Assembly: GCA_964016885.1 (NCBI GenBank)
Contig: OZ024746.1
Coordinates: 87,420,001 to 87,484,000 of the forward strand
Direction: 5' to 3'
DNA from: Eledone cirrhosa
Taxonomy: Eukaryota
DNA: 64,000 bases
Every line of letters starts with the position of its first letter. The first letter of the stretch is position 1. The position numbers were made by a program, and so were the translations under genes. This document shows positions 12,844 through 28,112 of the stretch, piece after piece. The notes under the pieces were generated by a model. The model saw nothing but the letters and a program-made list of their open reading frames with translations. It was not told the DNA's origin and did no database searches.

Positions 12844-13150
12844 CGTTATACTTTGGGAGGGTCATGTTGCCAATAAGAAACACACGCACCAGTTGCTTTC
12901 ACTTCAATTTAGTGTGTGACGAAAGAACTATGACAATATATAAACAACTATCTGGTTGTGGAACCAACCAACCAATCAGAAATTTATAAATTTATAAATT
13001 TATTATAAATTTATTATAATAAATTGAAGTGAAAGCAACTGGTACGTGTGTTTCTTATTGGCAACATGACCCTCCCAAAGTATAACAATATCGGTTTCAA
13101 CACACGATTTCAGATAAAGAATCTTGCTAAACAAATTCAGAAACGAAATA
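12844..13150. mobile_element. Naiad-type pLTR fold-back fragment
   Basis: Inverted ATGACCCTCCCAAAGTATAAC ends, shared with the 2876-5135 element. Confidence 0.75.
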
Positions 13151-13533
13151 TATATATATCTTTAACCGAATGTACGTCGAGGTGTAGCAATTTGGTTGTT
13201 CAACACATTCATGAGTTTACATATTTCCTGAAAACTGAGATGGAGACACCCTCCATTCCCGTTGACAGTTTGTACCCCTTTGTACGAAAAATAACATTTC
13301 TGTAAATATTTTTCCTTGCTTATTATTTCCTACTAAAAATAAAAAAACTACTCTGTTTTTTTTTCTCCTCACAGAAGTTGTCGTCATTGTTGAAACACTG
13401 CAGTTTGAATAAGATGGGAATAACTCAAGGAAATATTACGTTATGTCTTTGATGTAGTATCGATTTTACGACTGGTTTGCTTACAAGTATGCGTAGTTCT
13501 AGGCATATCTACAACAATCTGTATATATCTATG

Positions 13534-13620
<87 letters not shown>

Positions 13621-13626
<6 letters not shown>

Positions 13627-14357
13627 ATACTTTGGGAGGGTCATGTTGCCAATACGAAACACACGCACCAGTTGCTTTCACTTCAATGTATTATATATTT
13701 ATAAATTTACAAACTTATAAATTTATAAATTTCTGGTTGGTTGGTTGGTTCCACAACCAGATAGTTGTTTATATATAGTCATAGTCCTTTCGTCACACAC
13801 TCTGTGACGTCTTCAGTGAGTGTGTGTGTTTATGTTCATTTATCTATTTGTTTATTTATTTATTTATTTACATGTTATTGGTTGGTTGTTTGTTCTATGT
13901 AACACACACACACATAGAACAAACAACCTACCAATAACATGTAAATAAATAAATAAATAAACAAATAGATAAATGAACATAAACACACACAGACACCCGG
14001 ATGTTGCGCTTGCGCAAACTGAGCACACAACACACACACAGAAACAAAATGGCGTAGGACAGAATAAAGGAAAGGCACAGAAACAAAGAAAGGAATCCCC
14101 AGTCACTGAAGAGGTCACAGAGTGTGTGACGAAAGGAATATGACTATATATAAACAACTATCTGGTTGTGGAACCAACCAACCAACCAGAAATTTATAAA
14201 TTTATAAATTTGTAAATTTATAAATATATAATAAATTGAAGTGAACTCAACTGGTGCGTGTGTTTCTTATTGGCAACATGACCCTCCCAAAGTATAACAA
14301 TATCGGTTTCAACACACGACTTCAGATAAAGAATCTTGCTAAACAAATACAGAAACG

Positions 14358-14362
<5 letters not shown>
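13621..14362. mobile_element. Naiad-type pLTR fold-back with an HHR in each arm
   Basis: Inverted arms centred ~13900; HHRs at 13777-13819 (-) and 14101-14145 (+). Confidence 0.8.
14101..14145 (+). ncRNA. Minimal type I hammerhead ribozyme (Naiad family)
   Basis: AGTCA-CTGAAGA-G-GTCACA(GAGTG)TGTGAC-GAAA-GGAA-TA-TGACT. Confidence 0.75.
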
Positions 14363-14426
<64 letters not shown>

Positions 14427-15871
14427 AAGTTTATCCCGGGTTTAATCGGGGCTAACCACAGTAAGTAAGGTATTCAATACATATCAGAGTATAAGTATTT
14501 AATGTAGAAATTTCTTCTACAAAACTAGAACTGTTACATTCGAGAGAAATCATCAGGGCTCCTGATGATTTGTCCTTCACCTCTTCATTATTATTTGATC
14601 TCAGTTATACTCCCCATTGTCCTTACTTACCCACTAGGTTTTTTTAAGTGTACTCACCTATGGTTGTATGTGGGCGCATACAGGCTTATGTGTAGATACA
14701 CAAATATGTGTTTTTATATACACACACACACACACATATACATATATATATAAATGAAATTTTTCATAGCGTCTAAATTACGTTTTTTCAACCGTTTAAT
14801 ATACACATCATTTGCATACTCATATTAATAATTTTAAATATCTGACTTTTCTTCTCTCTCCCCTTCACTTTTTCTAATGACACACTCTAAAGCTAATTTT
14901 TAAATGTAGATTAATAATCATTAACTGTTTTTAGTAATATGTATCCTATTCGGGATGATGTTTAAATATTCATATTTCTTTAGAACATATAATTAATCAC
15001 ACACTAGCGATTAATAAAAAAAATTGGAGTTATATTTCCTTGTTTCAATCATAAACAACTTTTTATACGTAACTCCCTTAATGTAACCTTATCAATTGTA
15101 ACTACCTATTTATTTACATAAAATCAACATCCCTATTAACTTATATTAGGAACAAGCACCTATTTATTTTTTTATTTATTTAGAAATCAACATCCCTCGT
15201 AACTCATATTATAAACAAATTATCCTTTTAATAAAATAAACACCTATGCTAATATTAATATATATATTATTATAATAAGAAAAATAATTCTCCATATAAA
15301 TATAGACAAATATCTATATTTTCCCTAAATTAACGTTCAAGCGGTCTTCCTTTTCCTTCTGCTTTAACAATTTTAGTTTGATAATTTATATAGGTTCGTT
15401 AAATTAACAATATTTTGAAAACATTCTCAATGTTGAAAATGTTTGAATCCACAAATTATTCTAATCTCACATCTTGAAAATAACATTTTCAACATCCTTC
15501 GTAACTCATATTAGTTTATATAAACAATCAATGCATACGCAACTTATTAATATATATAGAGATGTGTATATACATATAAACTAACCTAATGTAATAAGAT
15601 AAAAATACTTACAACCATAATTCTTCATATGATTTTATAACTCATAATATAGGTAACAAACATCTTTTCCTTAATATAAATATGAAAATGTTCCATAGCG
15701 TCTAAAATAATGTTTTTTCAGCCCTTTAATAAACACATCATTTGCATACTGATATTAATAATTTTAAATATCTGACTTTTCTTCTCTCTTCCCTTCACTT
15801 TCCAGGGATAACACGAACCGTTAAGGTATATAATCGTTGTTCATGTCAAATATTAAAAAAAAAACATGTTG

Positions 15872-15933
15872 TATTTTATCTGATGACAACGTGCCAAAAT
15901 TGTTGGTACCCTAGAAATATATATAATAGAATA
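15872..15933 (+). ncRNA. Minimal hammerhead ribozyme (family C), stem II decayed
   Basis: TATTTTAT-CTGATGA-...-GAAA-TATATA-TA-ATAGAATA, at the end of an AT-rich PLE-like 3' region 14755-16070. Confidence 0.6.
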
Positions 15934-16083
15934 AATATGGTTTTATAAATATAGTTTCGATTTATTTAATATCATTAAATACTTAATCCAGATTCTGTCG
16001 AGTGCTCAGAATCACTTGTAAACATCTATATTTGTTGGATTTCCAACAAATTAAGTATCTCTTCTAAATATATATATATATAA

Positions 16084-16147
<64 letters not shown>

Positions 16148-16513
16148 TTATGTATGTATATGTATTTATATTTTTATAACCATTTTTTTCGCGCATGGAT
16201 CTGTGAGTATACCTTTTCTTCTGTTGGTACATATGCAATTCAGGCCGATAAATCACTGTGTACTTTTGAAAATAGCATATATTTTCCCTAGCTCTGACAG
16301 TTAGGCAGGTGAACAGTAAGCTGTACTGATGAAGGTCGATGCCCGGAAACCTTAGTGTCTGCAGTTCTGTTTACATGCCAACACAACAGCAAGGATAAAG
16401 TGTTCATTCTACTGAGATGGCTATAACATTGAGGTTTGTTCGCATAATTGCAAATGAATCGAATATTATTATTAATATACGAAAAACTATATATACATAT
16501 GTATATATATATA

Positions 16514-16975
<462 letters not shown>

Positions 16976-17066
16976 ATATTGATAACTCGAGAAAACTTCA
17001 CAGTTGCGTGCTTCTAACTATTGTAAAACTATATTCATTGATTAATGAACCCTGTTTAACATTTGG

Positions 17067-17125
<59 letters not shown>

Positions 17126-17137
17126 TGTGTGTGTGTG

Positions 17138-18695
17138 TGTCTGATGGTAGCTAAGATGCTTCCATAGACGGTATGCCGGTTGAGCACTGTATGCTGTTCT
17201 TACAGAGCAGAGTATGATATAATATAACGAAAATTCAGTGATGCATCTGAACTCAATATATTGTGTGTTACAATTGTTTCGCCGGCGGACAGCTCGAGAC
17301 AAGATCATTGTGTGGATCCGTTTGATTCTGGATCCCCAGATTCGACGGACACGTCTAATGATTTCGGAGCAAATTCTTTCACTGGGGTATTAGCGTCAAA
17401 AACATCCTCTTCGCGCGTACTGTTATTGACTGATGTTTTTCTACGTCATCATAATTCTGACCAACTGGCATCATTGCATCAGCTGTCCCGTTTCTGCGAG
17501 ACTTCGGTGAATTACTGCTGGGTTTTGTAGTTCAAACGTCTACGCGCACACTCACACACATATATACACGTTCCCCCCCCACACACACACACACATACAC
17601 ACCCCCACACACCCACCCAAACTCACATATATAACTAAATCCGTACGCATAGTCTTCCGCTATACACACACACTTAAGGAGAATATATAAACCTATAAAC
17701 ATACGCATACACAGACGCCTGCCTACATGACCATACACATCAACACACACACACACACACACAGGTACACCCATATGGATACGCGTATATATACCAGTTT
17801 ACATAAACACGTACAGACATATACATATACACCCCCCGTTATTTTCCTTTTTTCCCCAATGCACACACACATACACACACGTGTCCATATATACAGGCAC
17901 ATATTCAGATATATATATATACATGTAGCTATGCAATATACATATATATATATATATATATACATGTAGCTATGCAAACATACGGAATTTCTATACATAT
18001 TGTATAAAGCTATGCTTGAAGTGAAATCCTATTTATTTTCTATTATAAGTTGAGCGAACGTATGCAGCTTCATATGCAAATGAGATTAATCACCTCATTT
18101 ACACAGACGAGAAAACTATATATTCTCGCCTGTCTTGTAGCCAGCAGTCGCAAGCGGTGGGTGGGACCGTCCTGACGTTGGCCAGTCAAGCCTGCAATGC
18201 ATAGACGGTTGTCCCCCTTGCTTGTGCTGGACATCACCAGAGGGTGTTATCCCTAGATTTTCATTTTGATATATATATATATATATATATGTCTAATGGT
18301 ACCTAAGATGCTTCCATAGGCGGTATGCTGGTTGAGCACTCTATGCTCTTACAGAGCAGAGTATTATAGAATGGAAAACGAAAAATCAGTGATGCATCGG
18401 AACTCAATTTATTGTGTGTTACAATTGTTTGCCCGGCGAATAGCTAGAGCTGCGATATGTGTGTGGATCGACCTGACTCTAGACTCGTAGGTTCCTCTTT
18501 TGATTTCGGAGCTTAACTTATTTCTGGGGTTTTCTGGCCCTACATGTCTATATCGTCCACCTACATACGCTTTACGTGTCCTTGGATTGGTCACTGGTTA
18601 GTGACGTCATCATTATTCTGGTAGCAGCCCGCTGACCGTCTGCGGGTGAGGTGTCACTCAACCACTCTCCCGTCGGCTAAATTACTGCTGTTTGT
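17138..18695 (-). repeat. Two diverged copies of a ~400-bp element (17138-17530, 18291-18695), each followed by a degenerate CA-rich tract
   Basis: Shared CTAAGATGCTTCCATAG...TGTGTGTTACAATTGTTT; minus strand has GAAA-CAATTG-TA (HHR 3' half) in the first copy. Confidence 0.65.
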
Positions 18696-19689
18696 CAGCT
18701 CACACTCCCACTCGCACACACACACACACACACATGGATACTGACAGATACATACAAAGTAGCTTGTGTGCTTACGTTCAGACATGCACGCCCAGAAGCA
18801 TACCCACATATCCCTGTGTACACACACACATATAAATAGTCACACAAATATACGCATACATGCACAAAGAGAGGTACACACACACACACACTTACAGGCA
18901 CCTGTATATATACATGCACACACACACGTACGCATTCGTACATATACATACACATACACGCACATATATGTATACATACATACACATGCATACACACATA
19001 TGCACATATGCATATATATATGCCTATATACACACATACACATACACATACACCTACCCACACGCCCACAAACACGTATGCATACATGATCTTTTGAAAC
19101 CGTGTTTCAATTTGAATTGGCTCTCTTTAGCCAATTTGATTACTATCCCGCACCAAAGTTTGCGTTTTGTGTGTGTTTGTGTGTGTTTGTGGATATTCAC
19201 TGATATGCCTTTATCTTTATGTTTACTCATAATATACTATAAAATCCACATTTATAAGCAAAAATAATTTAGCGACAACATCCATAATAAATCAGCATAT
19301 AAAAATGAGAAATCACTACCAAGATTGCTTACTCTGGACTGTAGCCTTCACGACTGCATATAGGAAGCAAATGCCATAAATATACTCTGTTGTATTACAC
19401 TTTCTAAGATAGTTGGACTTTCGATGAAAATTACGGGGTTTAATTCTTGGACTGGGTTGTTGGCTGTGTTCTTAATCGAAATATTTCATTTTACCTTGTC
19501 AGCTTAAAATGAATACAGCAACAGCAGGGTAGGCAACGCTGCGTTGGGTTAGTGTCATGTCCAGCTGCAAATCGTGTACACTTAGTCGCTTCACACCATG
19601 GAAACTGGATAACCACCGTCATTTTGAGCCTTCGGGACGAGTCAGATCAATAACCAACTATGAATATCTTGATAAACTTCAGCTGGAAA

Positions 19690-20170
19690 GTTAAGAAATG
19701 AGAAATTATTGTAAGCAGCATGAAATAAAAAGATGAAATATAAACGGCAAAATAGTCCATATATTACAGAAAATAACACGAATAGCATGACAGCAAACAT
19801 TCCCATCAATCAAATCAATCTCTACAAGGAAGACACACATCAAACCGGCTCAGTGGCTGACAAAAAGGAACTGAGTAGATTTTATGTTACATATCGTCTT
19901 ACGATGTGAATGTGGACATCAATATCACATGTCGAACTATTGGCATTACATGGGCATTATTTATATCTGACTGAAGTTGGCGAATTAGGCTCAGTAACAA
20001 TTACTAAATGAATGTCTACATAATGTAAAATTGTTGGTTACGGATGTTATATAGTATTAGAATTCAAATATGGAAATATAGAACAATCTCTTCGTTAAAT
20101 ATTTAATAACACAGCAATAATGCGCCGGACACTAAAGAGATGGAATATGTATGCAATATTACAGCACAGT
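19690..20170 (-). pseudogene. Possible decayed GPCR relic (TM3-TM5)
   Basis: AYIFHLFSVRRIIAVL (S.ER.IAV-like), then FAVMLFVLFSVI/WTILPFIF. Confidence 0.3.
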
Positions 20171-20227
20171 TCGTATGGTCAACAGTACATATATATATAT
20201 GAAGACATATATATATATATATATGTA

Positions 20228-20632
20228 AATATCTTTAAGTCGTTTGGAAGCCTCGACAATGCAAATGGGTAAATCTCCGGGTAACAAGATCCGGTGGTGG
20301 AGAGAGAGATGTAAGTGGGTGTACGTTGAGATGCGTGGTGTGTATCAGATGTGTAGAATAATGAAGGAAAGAGTATAAAGGATAAATTAAAATAACAACA
20401 CGAGAGAGAGTTACCTTGGGAGAGATTTAAATCTCTCCCAAGGTAACTCTCTCTCGTCTTGTTATTCTACACATCTTATACACACCACGCATCTCAACGT
20501 ACACCCACTTACATCTCTCTCTCCACCACCGGATATTGTTACCCGGAGATTTACCTATTTGCATTGCCGAGGCTTCCAAACGACTTAAAGATATTTACTT
20601 ATTATACCACAATGCTTCAACAAACTTCAATA

Positions 20633-20638
<6 letters not shown>
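20228..20638. mobile_element. Spacer-less fold-back element in (TA)n
   Basis: Inverted arms of ~180-200 bp meet at GAGAGATTTAAATCTCTC (~20428); ~35-nt tail on right arm. Confidence 0.75.
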
Positions 20639-20719
<81 letters not shown>

Positions 20720-20721
<2 letters not shown>

Positions 20722-20853
20722 CGAAGGAAATGTGGTAAGGAACCAGGTGGACCATAACGCACCAAAGTACTCAATACTTGGGGTAGTAGAGTGGGTAATA
20801 GGAACCAGTAAGACCCCGACAGCTGAGCTCAAGCCGTTTCGACGGCTAATTCT
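20720..20853 (-). mobile_element. Family A single-arm copy
   Basis: AACGAAGGAAATGTGGTAAGGAACC...GTTTCGACGGCTAATTC between (TA)n tracts. Confidence 0.75.
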
Positions 20854-21608
20854 AATATATATATATATATATATATATTTACACAAGTACAGATATATAA
20901 ATAAAAGCGTCCAAACGTTACAAAGTTTTGCACTATAAAAGAATTATCAATCCATTGACAGCGTAATATAATCATATATGGGGAAATAAAAACAAGAACA
21001 ATAGCTTTACTCACTTACATTAATACCTCTACTACAGTTTCATTAAGAAAATAACAATAATCCGAGTATTGTGAGAAACGTCAAATTGTCAAGAGACTTT
21101 TCACAGTCAAGAAAGAAACTATTCTAGACAGGAACATCCTTCCATGTTGTTCGCTATCAGCGATAATTTAAAATGGAAGAAATATTACGTGACTGACGAT
21201 TAAAAGGTGGGTTTTGGTAGGTAGCGAGCTGCTAGAAAAAGTAGTCCGATTCTGCCCATGTATATGTTTACACAAGTACAGGTATATATAAACACATCCA
21301 ACTGATACCAAGTTTTGCTGTATGAAAATATTAACATAGATCAATCCTGTAAGAGCTTAATATAATCATATCTGGTAAAAGCAAACAAGAAAGTCAAGAA
21401 AAACATTTAAAGACAGAAGAATTATTTCGCCTTGTTGGCTATCAGCGATAATTTCAAATGGAAGAAATATATATATTAGTGTAAGACAGAACAAAGAGGA
21501 GACGTAATAACAATAAAAGTAGCCACGGATGAAGTCACAGAATGTGTGACGAGCATTGAAGATAATCAACAGATAAACAATCACCCTGATAACCGATTAA
21601 CCAACTGC

Positions 21609-21647
<39 letters not shown>

Positions 21648-21949
21648 TAAAGTGAAACCGAAACGATGGGTGTATTTTTGGCAGCATAATCCTCCCTGAG
21701 TATAAATGTTTACCTGTTAACATAACTTGTCTCCTTAGAAATACGAAATTTCTATACATATCTGTATATCCCTATATCTCTATGCGTGAAGTTAAATTCT
21801 AATTATATATATATAAATATATGCGAACGAAACCCGATGGTAGAGATATGATCATGGTAAGTGTGTACGCATTTCTTCTAACTTTAATTGTATACCTAAG
21901 TGTGTATAGTTGACGGTATATTTAGTCGATTTCCACGTGCTGTTGAAAT

Positions 21950-22300
21950 GTTGGGTAAACATTCTATGACGGTCGGCCGCGAAGAGATTGCTGTCGTTTA
22001 TTTATTTACTATTTCTTCATAGGTGCCTTTTAATCTTATAGCCTGGTCTAATTGATTTGTTTATGTGGTTAATTATGATAATTGGGAGAGGAATTTGTGT
22101 ATACATATTACCAAATGATTCTATGGACATATTTATAGTATATTGCTCTGATTATTTAATTTATTAATTCATCATTGAGCCGCATCGTGAATGGTTGCCA
22201 AAACAAAAACATATATATCTGTGACTTTGTCTAGTTTGTGTATATGTAAATCTATATATTTAATAATCTGCCATTAGGTTGAGATACAATTTGGGCAATA
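21950..22300 (-). mobile_element. Decayed PLE-like reverse transcriptase fragment
   Basis: INKLNNQSN...SIESFGNMYTQIP resembles the PLE RT motif xDFSTLYTxIP. Confidence 0.4.
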
Positions 22301-22852
22301 TTGGGCTGCGCTTTCTAGCAACCAGCCCACTCCCCGTCAGCAACCAATCACATTCTTTCTGACTTGACCACTGCCACGTCACAATTCTTAGCCCAATTTT
22401 AATTTGTTTCTGGCGGGGATCACTTTAGAAATGTCACATATTCCGCCACGCTGAATGTCACTCACAGACACATAAAATGAATAGATATTTTTGGAATGCT
22501 CATTCGCATACACATTTTTCCGTTGATTAATAAAGTGAAGCACTTCTCATAGGACCTGTCCAGTAATAGGAACATAAAGATCCTAACAGTCTAAGAACTA
22601 TTTTTGAGTCATTGTGTTGCAATATATTTATTTAAAATATAATGAACATTATAAACAAAAATATTCATATTTTATTAAAAGCACACACAAAACCTATTAA
22701 TTAAACATGCGTTTAAATAATCGCTTATTTTCTAATGCTTAATTCCATTAATTAGCATTCATAGATTTAACATAATCCTTTTGCACAAAATAGAATCATT
22801 TTTCTGAAAATCTAAATTAATTATTCGCAAGAAAGTAGTCTACAATAAATAG

Positions 22853-23008
22853 GCAGCGAATTGACAAAGTCGTTAGAACGTCGGATAGAATGGTTTGTAG
22901 TATTTATTTCGGCTCTCTGCTTTCAGAATTAAAATTCCACCGAGGCCAACTTTGCCTTTCTTCCATTCATGGTCGATAAAAAAAAGTACCGGTCAAGTAC
23001 TGGGGTTG
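22853..23008 (+). mobile_element. SINE (older copy)
   Basis: GGCAGCGAATTGACA head, TTTGCCTTTCTTCCATTCATGGTCGATAAA core. Confidence 0.7.
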
Positions 23009-23479
23009 ATTCTTCTATATCTCATTATCTTTTCCTTTCCCTCACTCTCTCTCTCTCTCTCTTATTCTCTGGAAGAAATCTACTCTATTCAGGCATGGAG
23101 AGGAGATGGGCTACGTCAGATTTTAAAATGCCCTAAAAACTCCGTATGTCAATATGGCGCACGTACGACTCCTCAGGAGTTACAGGTCCATGCCATACCA
23201 TTTTATGATAGTGCCATTATGAAGATACATCATCTCTAGTTTCGCATCAGTCGCTCTTAAATGAATATAGTTATCAGTGTCTTTATTGCATAGAGGAATG
23301 TCTAGATATTTACTCTATGCATTTAAAAATAGTAGGAACCAGTTTCGCCTTTAAGATTGCACGTTATACTTTTTATTTTGAATGTTCAAGTTTGAAGTAT
23401 TTATTGGCCTGTGTTGTCTGTACGTAACCAAACGCAAAGCATTCAGTGTCGCCCTGTATAGTCATTGTTCAGATTAGGT

Positions 23480-24480
23480 GAGTTAATATCCATAATTCAT
23501 AGATATAAAGAATGCATGACGTTTACGATGTAATCTAGACAGTCTTATCATATGTTTATTATATTATATTTAAGATGATAGCTACTTAAATATATGGTTT
23601 GGAAAATTCGTTGGGACAGTACAATGAACATGTAAAATAATGAGGATACATTTAACTTATGGTACAATAATGTATACATATAAACTCACCGAAACAACAC
23701 AATCGCGCATAAGTATGGCTGCTTCAATTTCGATTCATACCGAATATAAAATATATACTTCATAAAAGCATTGGATTGCATTAGTCGAAATCTCATTAGG
23801 TCGTGTAGTACTTGTTTAGGTGTTTCGGCGCCTTGCACTGTAAACCATACCTACTCAAGGGCAGCCGACGACGAAAGAGACGACAATTCTGTAAAACTGC
23901 ACAAACTTTGTCATGCCTAATGTTGTGACTCCAAGACGTATCAATCCGTCTCATGTGTCAGGTTCAGCATTGTCTTGAGTCAGAGACAATAAATCGGATG
24001 TTCACCGGGATTTGATCTCAGAAAGTAAACAGCCAAAACTCTATGCTGCAAAGCATATTGTCTGACGCTCTACAGATACTGCCAAATAGAGATAATTATT
24101 TTATTGTTATATGTGATTTGGGGGTAGTATTAAAATATATTGCTTCGTTTCTGATAATATGGTAATGTGATATGTGATACGGCAAAGATTTGACTTGTGT
24201 TTATGTCGTGAAATGCTCTTGAGAATGTCATAACGATTTCTGTCAGAACATATTTGTGTAAGCTTTTGAATGTGGGTATACGTATGTCTACGTTTACGCG
24301 TGATCGCGGTGATGAATAATATAAATACACACATTTTACATTACAGAAATCAATCATATCTTAGATTCTAATCTTTATGCTGTTATTCTATATTGGAAAT
24401 ATTTTCCCACATATTCTGAATTATATAAAGTATTTGTCCCGGTTTGAAAATATCTTTTAACACTAACAAGATTTAATCTC
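23480..24480 (-). pseudogene. Possible decayed prostanoid-receptor-like GPCR (ECL2-TM7) with a SINE insertion at ~23960-24100
   Basis: RYFQTGT (Y..Q.PGTWCF-like), IDFCNV...ILFITAITRKRR (TM5), EIEAAILM..VVSVSLYVYIIVP (TM6-like). Confidence 0.3.
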
Positions 24481-25055
24481 GTTTGATTTCTAATCTGTAA
24501 TATTACTCGCTAATTTGTGTTTAACGTGTTGCAATACATTTCATACTTTATGTAGTTTCTTCGTTTAAACGTGTTCTTTTTATTCATATTTCATGTGTGT
24601 TGATAACAAACATTTTGGATTCAATAAACTAATTACCCATACATTTCCGTTATGTATTACGAAAAGGAAACGACTTCGGTGCAGTTTGAAGCCTTTTCTT
24701 GAATATTTGAAAATAATTGTTTCTACTATTGGCACAAGGCCAGCAATTACCCAGTACATTACTGGTACTGTATTTTATCGACCCCGTAATGATGAAAATA
24801 ATACAATTAACATAATATTGTATGAACTTCGCTATTATAATATTATAATATGCAATTGGAAGGGGGTGCATTACATCCCATAATGCAACTTTGCCTTGTT
24901 AATAAGAACCTGGTTCTAATATGTGACAACATGTTTCGCACTTTATTACATCTGATGATGAATATTTGAAATCTAGGTTTGTTAGATTCTAAAGTTAGAT
25001 TTAAAATGTTTCCCGATATCTCCACTCAACTTAAACGTCGAGTTATAATAGAAGA

Positions 25056-25392
25056 AGGCGCATGGCTGAGTGTACAGAGCGTCGTGCTTACAATCCTGAG
25101 TTTCTGAGTTCAATTCTCGAACCGGGCTTTGCGTTGGGTTCTTGAGAAAGACACTTTATTTCCCGATGCTCCATTTCACCCTGCTGTATGAATGATGACG
25201 TCACTGGTGTCAACATGTATTGGCTTTTATCTTTCTCTTGGACAACAGTGGAGGTGTGGAGAACGGAGACTGGTATGTATGGCTGACTGCAGGTCTTTCA
25301 CAAACATTCTTGCCCGAACTTATACCCGGAGGGGGACGTTCTATGCGCAAATACCATTATGAATTGTGGACGAAGGTCTCCTTTACCCTTAT
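25056..25392 (+). mobile_element. Second tRNA-derived SINE family (CORE-like)
   Basis: GGCGCATGGCTGAGTG A box, GAGTTCAATTC B box, TTCTTGAGAAAGACACTTTATTTC core. Confidence 0.65.
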
Positions 25393-25429
25393 ATAATAGA
25401 AACTCGCTGGATTAATGTATCAAATTATA

Positions 25430-25745
25430 AGAGTCCATCTAAATAATTATTTATGACTGCTGTTAAGCGATTGGTCAACATTAATTATATTTGATAGTGC
25501 ACTAATGGGGAATATGTCAAACCCAATATATTTAAGTGGAGAAAGTTTAACTTGATCGGCATTCCCGATGCCAATATCCTCGATAATTTAGGGTTAATAT
25601 ATGTCACATTGAGTTAAGGTATTTAACATCACACTACACTGAGATCAGCAGGCCATGATATTACAAGAGTACGTTGAAGTATAGAATATATATGGACAAC
25701 GCAGTCACATACATCTACACAGAACTATTCATTTCTGAAATATTA
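25430..25745 (-). pseudogene. Possible decayed GPCR relic (TM2-TM3)
   Basis: MNSSV*MYVTALSI (M.SST..YL.ALA-like), then LMLTNRLTAVI (LT.ER..AV-like). Confidence 0.35.
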
Positions 25746-26441
25746 CATAAATATCTCAATAAGACATTCATTATTTCATATCACCCATTGTCCTTTTTAT
25801 TTTACTATTTTAAGTTTCACATCTGAAATTAATTAGCGCTTAGATTTATCTCTACTGTTATCTTGCACTAATCCCTTATATCATTTTTCTACCATCAGCC
25901 CGTTACCCCTTAATCATGAAAATGATCTTACTTCATTTTCTGTGCAATTGTTATCAATTTTTCGTATTAGGATTGTTAATAAAAATTACCCAGTTTCTAA
26001 CGAAATTTTTATTAGAGATATAATTGAAACTTATTGATTTATTTTAATCTCAAACTAGACAAAGGATTATCTTTGCTATTTGTAATTGGAAATCTTCTGC
26101 TGCCAAACTTCAATGCGAATCTCAGATTTTTCTCTTTACGTTACAGTTGTTATCTTCGCTTGTATTGTGTAGTATGCTCAAGCGTATATATTTGTAAAAC
26201 AATGCATCAAAACTATTCGATGAAATAGCGAACTCTGAAATATAATTTTATTTCAGATTGAGTTTTGTATTATTCACCTTTACATAGGAATCCGTATAGT
26301 TTATTGTTGATCCCCTATTGTTGAAAAAAAAAGGAAAGTTTCAGTTATTAACACGCTTCAGTACTGGCCTAATAGACACACGCACAGGTACACGCACACA
26401 CTTACGCAGACACACACACATATGCACACACGCACACATAT

Positions 26442-26476
<35 letters not shown>

Positions 26477-26554
26477 CATATATATATGTATATACTTGTG
26501 TGTTAGACCAGTACTGAAACTGCTGCGAATTATAAATGCATATATATATATATA

Positions 26555-26728
26555 ACAAAGAAAGTGTGGTAAGGAATCAGGTAGACCATAACGCACCAGA
26601 GTACTCAATACTTAGGGTAGTAGTGTGGGTAATAGGAAAAGAGTCAGGACCCCGACGGCCGACCTCCGGCGGGTTCTAGTTGTCGAAACGTCCGTAGATC
26701 AACCGTTGCGTCCTGACTCTTTTCCTAT
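26555..26728. mobile_element. Fold-back family A-related subfamily copy
   Basis: AGGAAAAGAGTCAGGAC...GTCCTGACTCTTTTCCT arms plus family A tail. Confidence 0.7.
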
Positions 26729-26824
26729 ATTAATTTGTAAAATAACAGATTAATGTTTAAGCAAAGAATCGCTGCTTTCACCCTTAAAAGTTCTTTGGAT
26801 TTTAGTCTGCACATTTATTATTAT

Positions 26825-26869
<45 letters not shown>

Positions 26870-27392
26870 CGTATACATGCGTGTGAGTGTCTGTATGTAG
26901 CTGTGTTTTTCAACATCTAGAATAATTTCGTGTTGTAAAAGCGATGTAACGCATTGCTTTTACAACCTGAAATTGGATGCCCATTATTGAATACACGATG
27001 ACCTGGTGACAAACTATTACAAAATTGCTTAGAACCTGTATTTCACATCGTCATGAAAGTAAAACATCAAATATCAATAGTCAATTTCTGCCAGTTAATA
27101 TCATATTCAAATTCCAATATATAATTGATAATTTTAACATTCATATATCAGACGTTTAAATAAAACACATAATTACAAATAATTCCTCGGCAAAACTATT
27201 TTGTAGTGGATAAAAAAATATTAGTTAACAAAAAAAAAACATTTTATCAGTGACGTCAATTCCATGATCCTATGCTGTATATATATGAATAGCCCTGTCT
27301 TTCTGGCATACGAAACTATAAAGATCCACAGAAGGCAAGAGATGAGCAGGATTTGTTCTTGTGTTTATGTCATCCGTGTTTTCACCCACATC

Positions 27393-27528
<136 letters not shown>

Positions 27529-27594
27529 CATATACATATATAAATAAGGACGTGGGTGAAAACACGGATGACGTATATATATATATATAATCAT

Positions 27595-28044
27595 CGTTTT
27601 TGAATTTGTTTTGCAAGATTTCTCATCTAAAAATTTCTGTTGAAACAAATATTTTATACTTTGGGAGGGTCACGCTGCAAATAAAAACACACTCATCAGT
27701 TGCTTTTCACTTCAATTCATGATAAATTTCTGGTTTGTCAGTTCGATCACCAAGTGGTTGTTTATATATTGCCAAAGATCTTTCGTCAAATATTCTGTGA
27801 GCTCCACAGTAAACCGTGTTTTCATTGTGTGTCCTTCCTTTCTTCTGCGCTCTTCTGCACTACACCATCTTGTTCTTTGTGTCAACAACACACAAAACAA
27901 GATGGTGTTGGACAAAATAATATATAAACAATATATAAACAAATAACCGATTATCAAACCACTCAACCAACCGGAAATTTATAATACAATGAAGTGAAAA
28001 CTAACAGGTGCGTCTGTTTTTCTTGACAGCTTTACCCTCCCAAA

Positions 28045-28046
<2 letters not shown>
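27595..28046. mobile_element. Naiad-type pLTR fold-back (diverged)
   Basis: TATACTTTGGGAGGGT ... ACCCTCCCAAAGTATA inverted ends. Confidence 0.7.
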
Positions 28047-28108
<62 letters not shown>

Positions 28109-28112
<4 letters not shown>

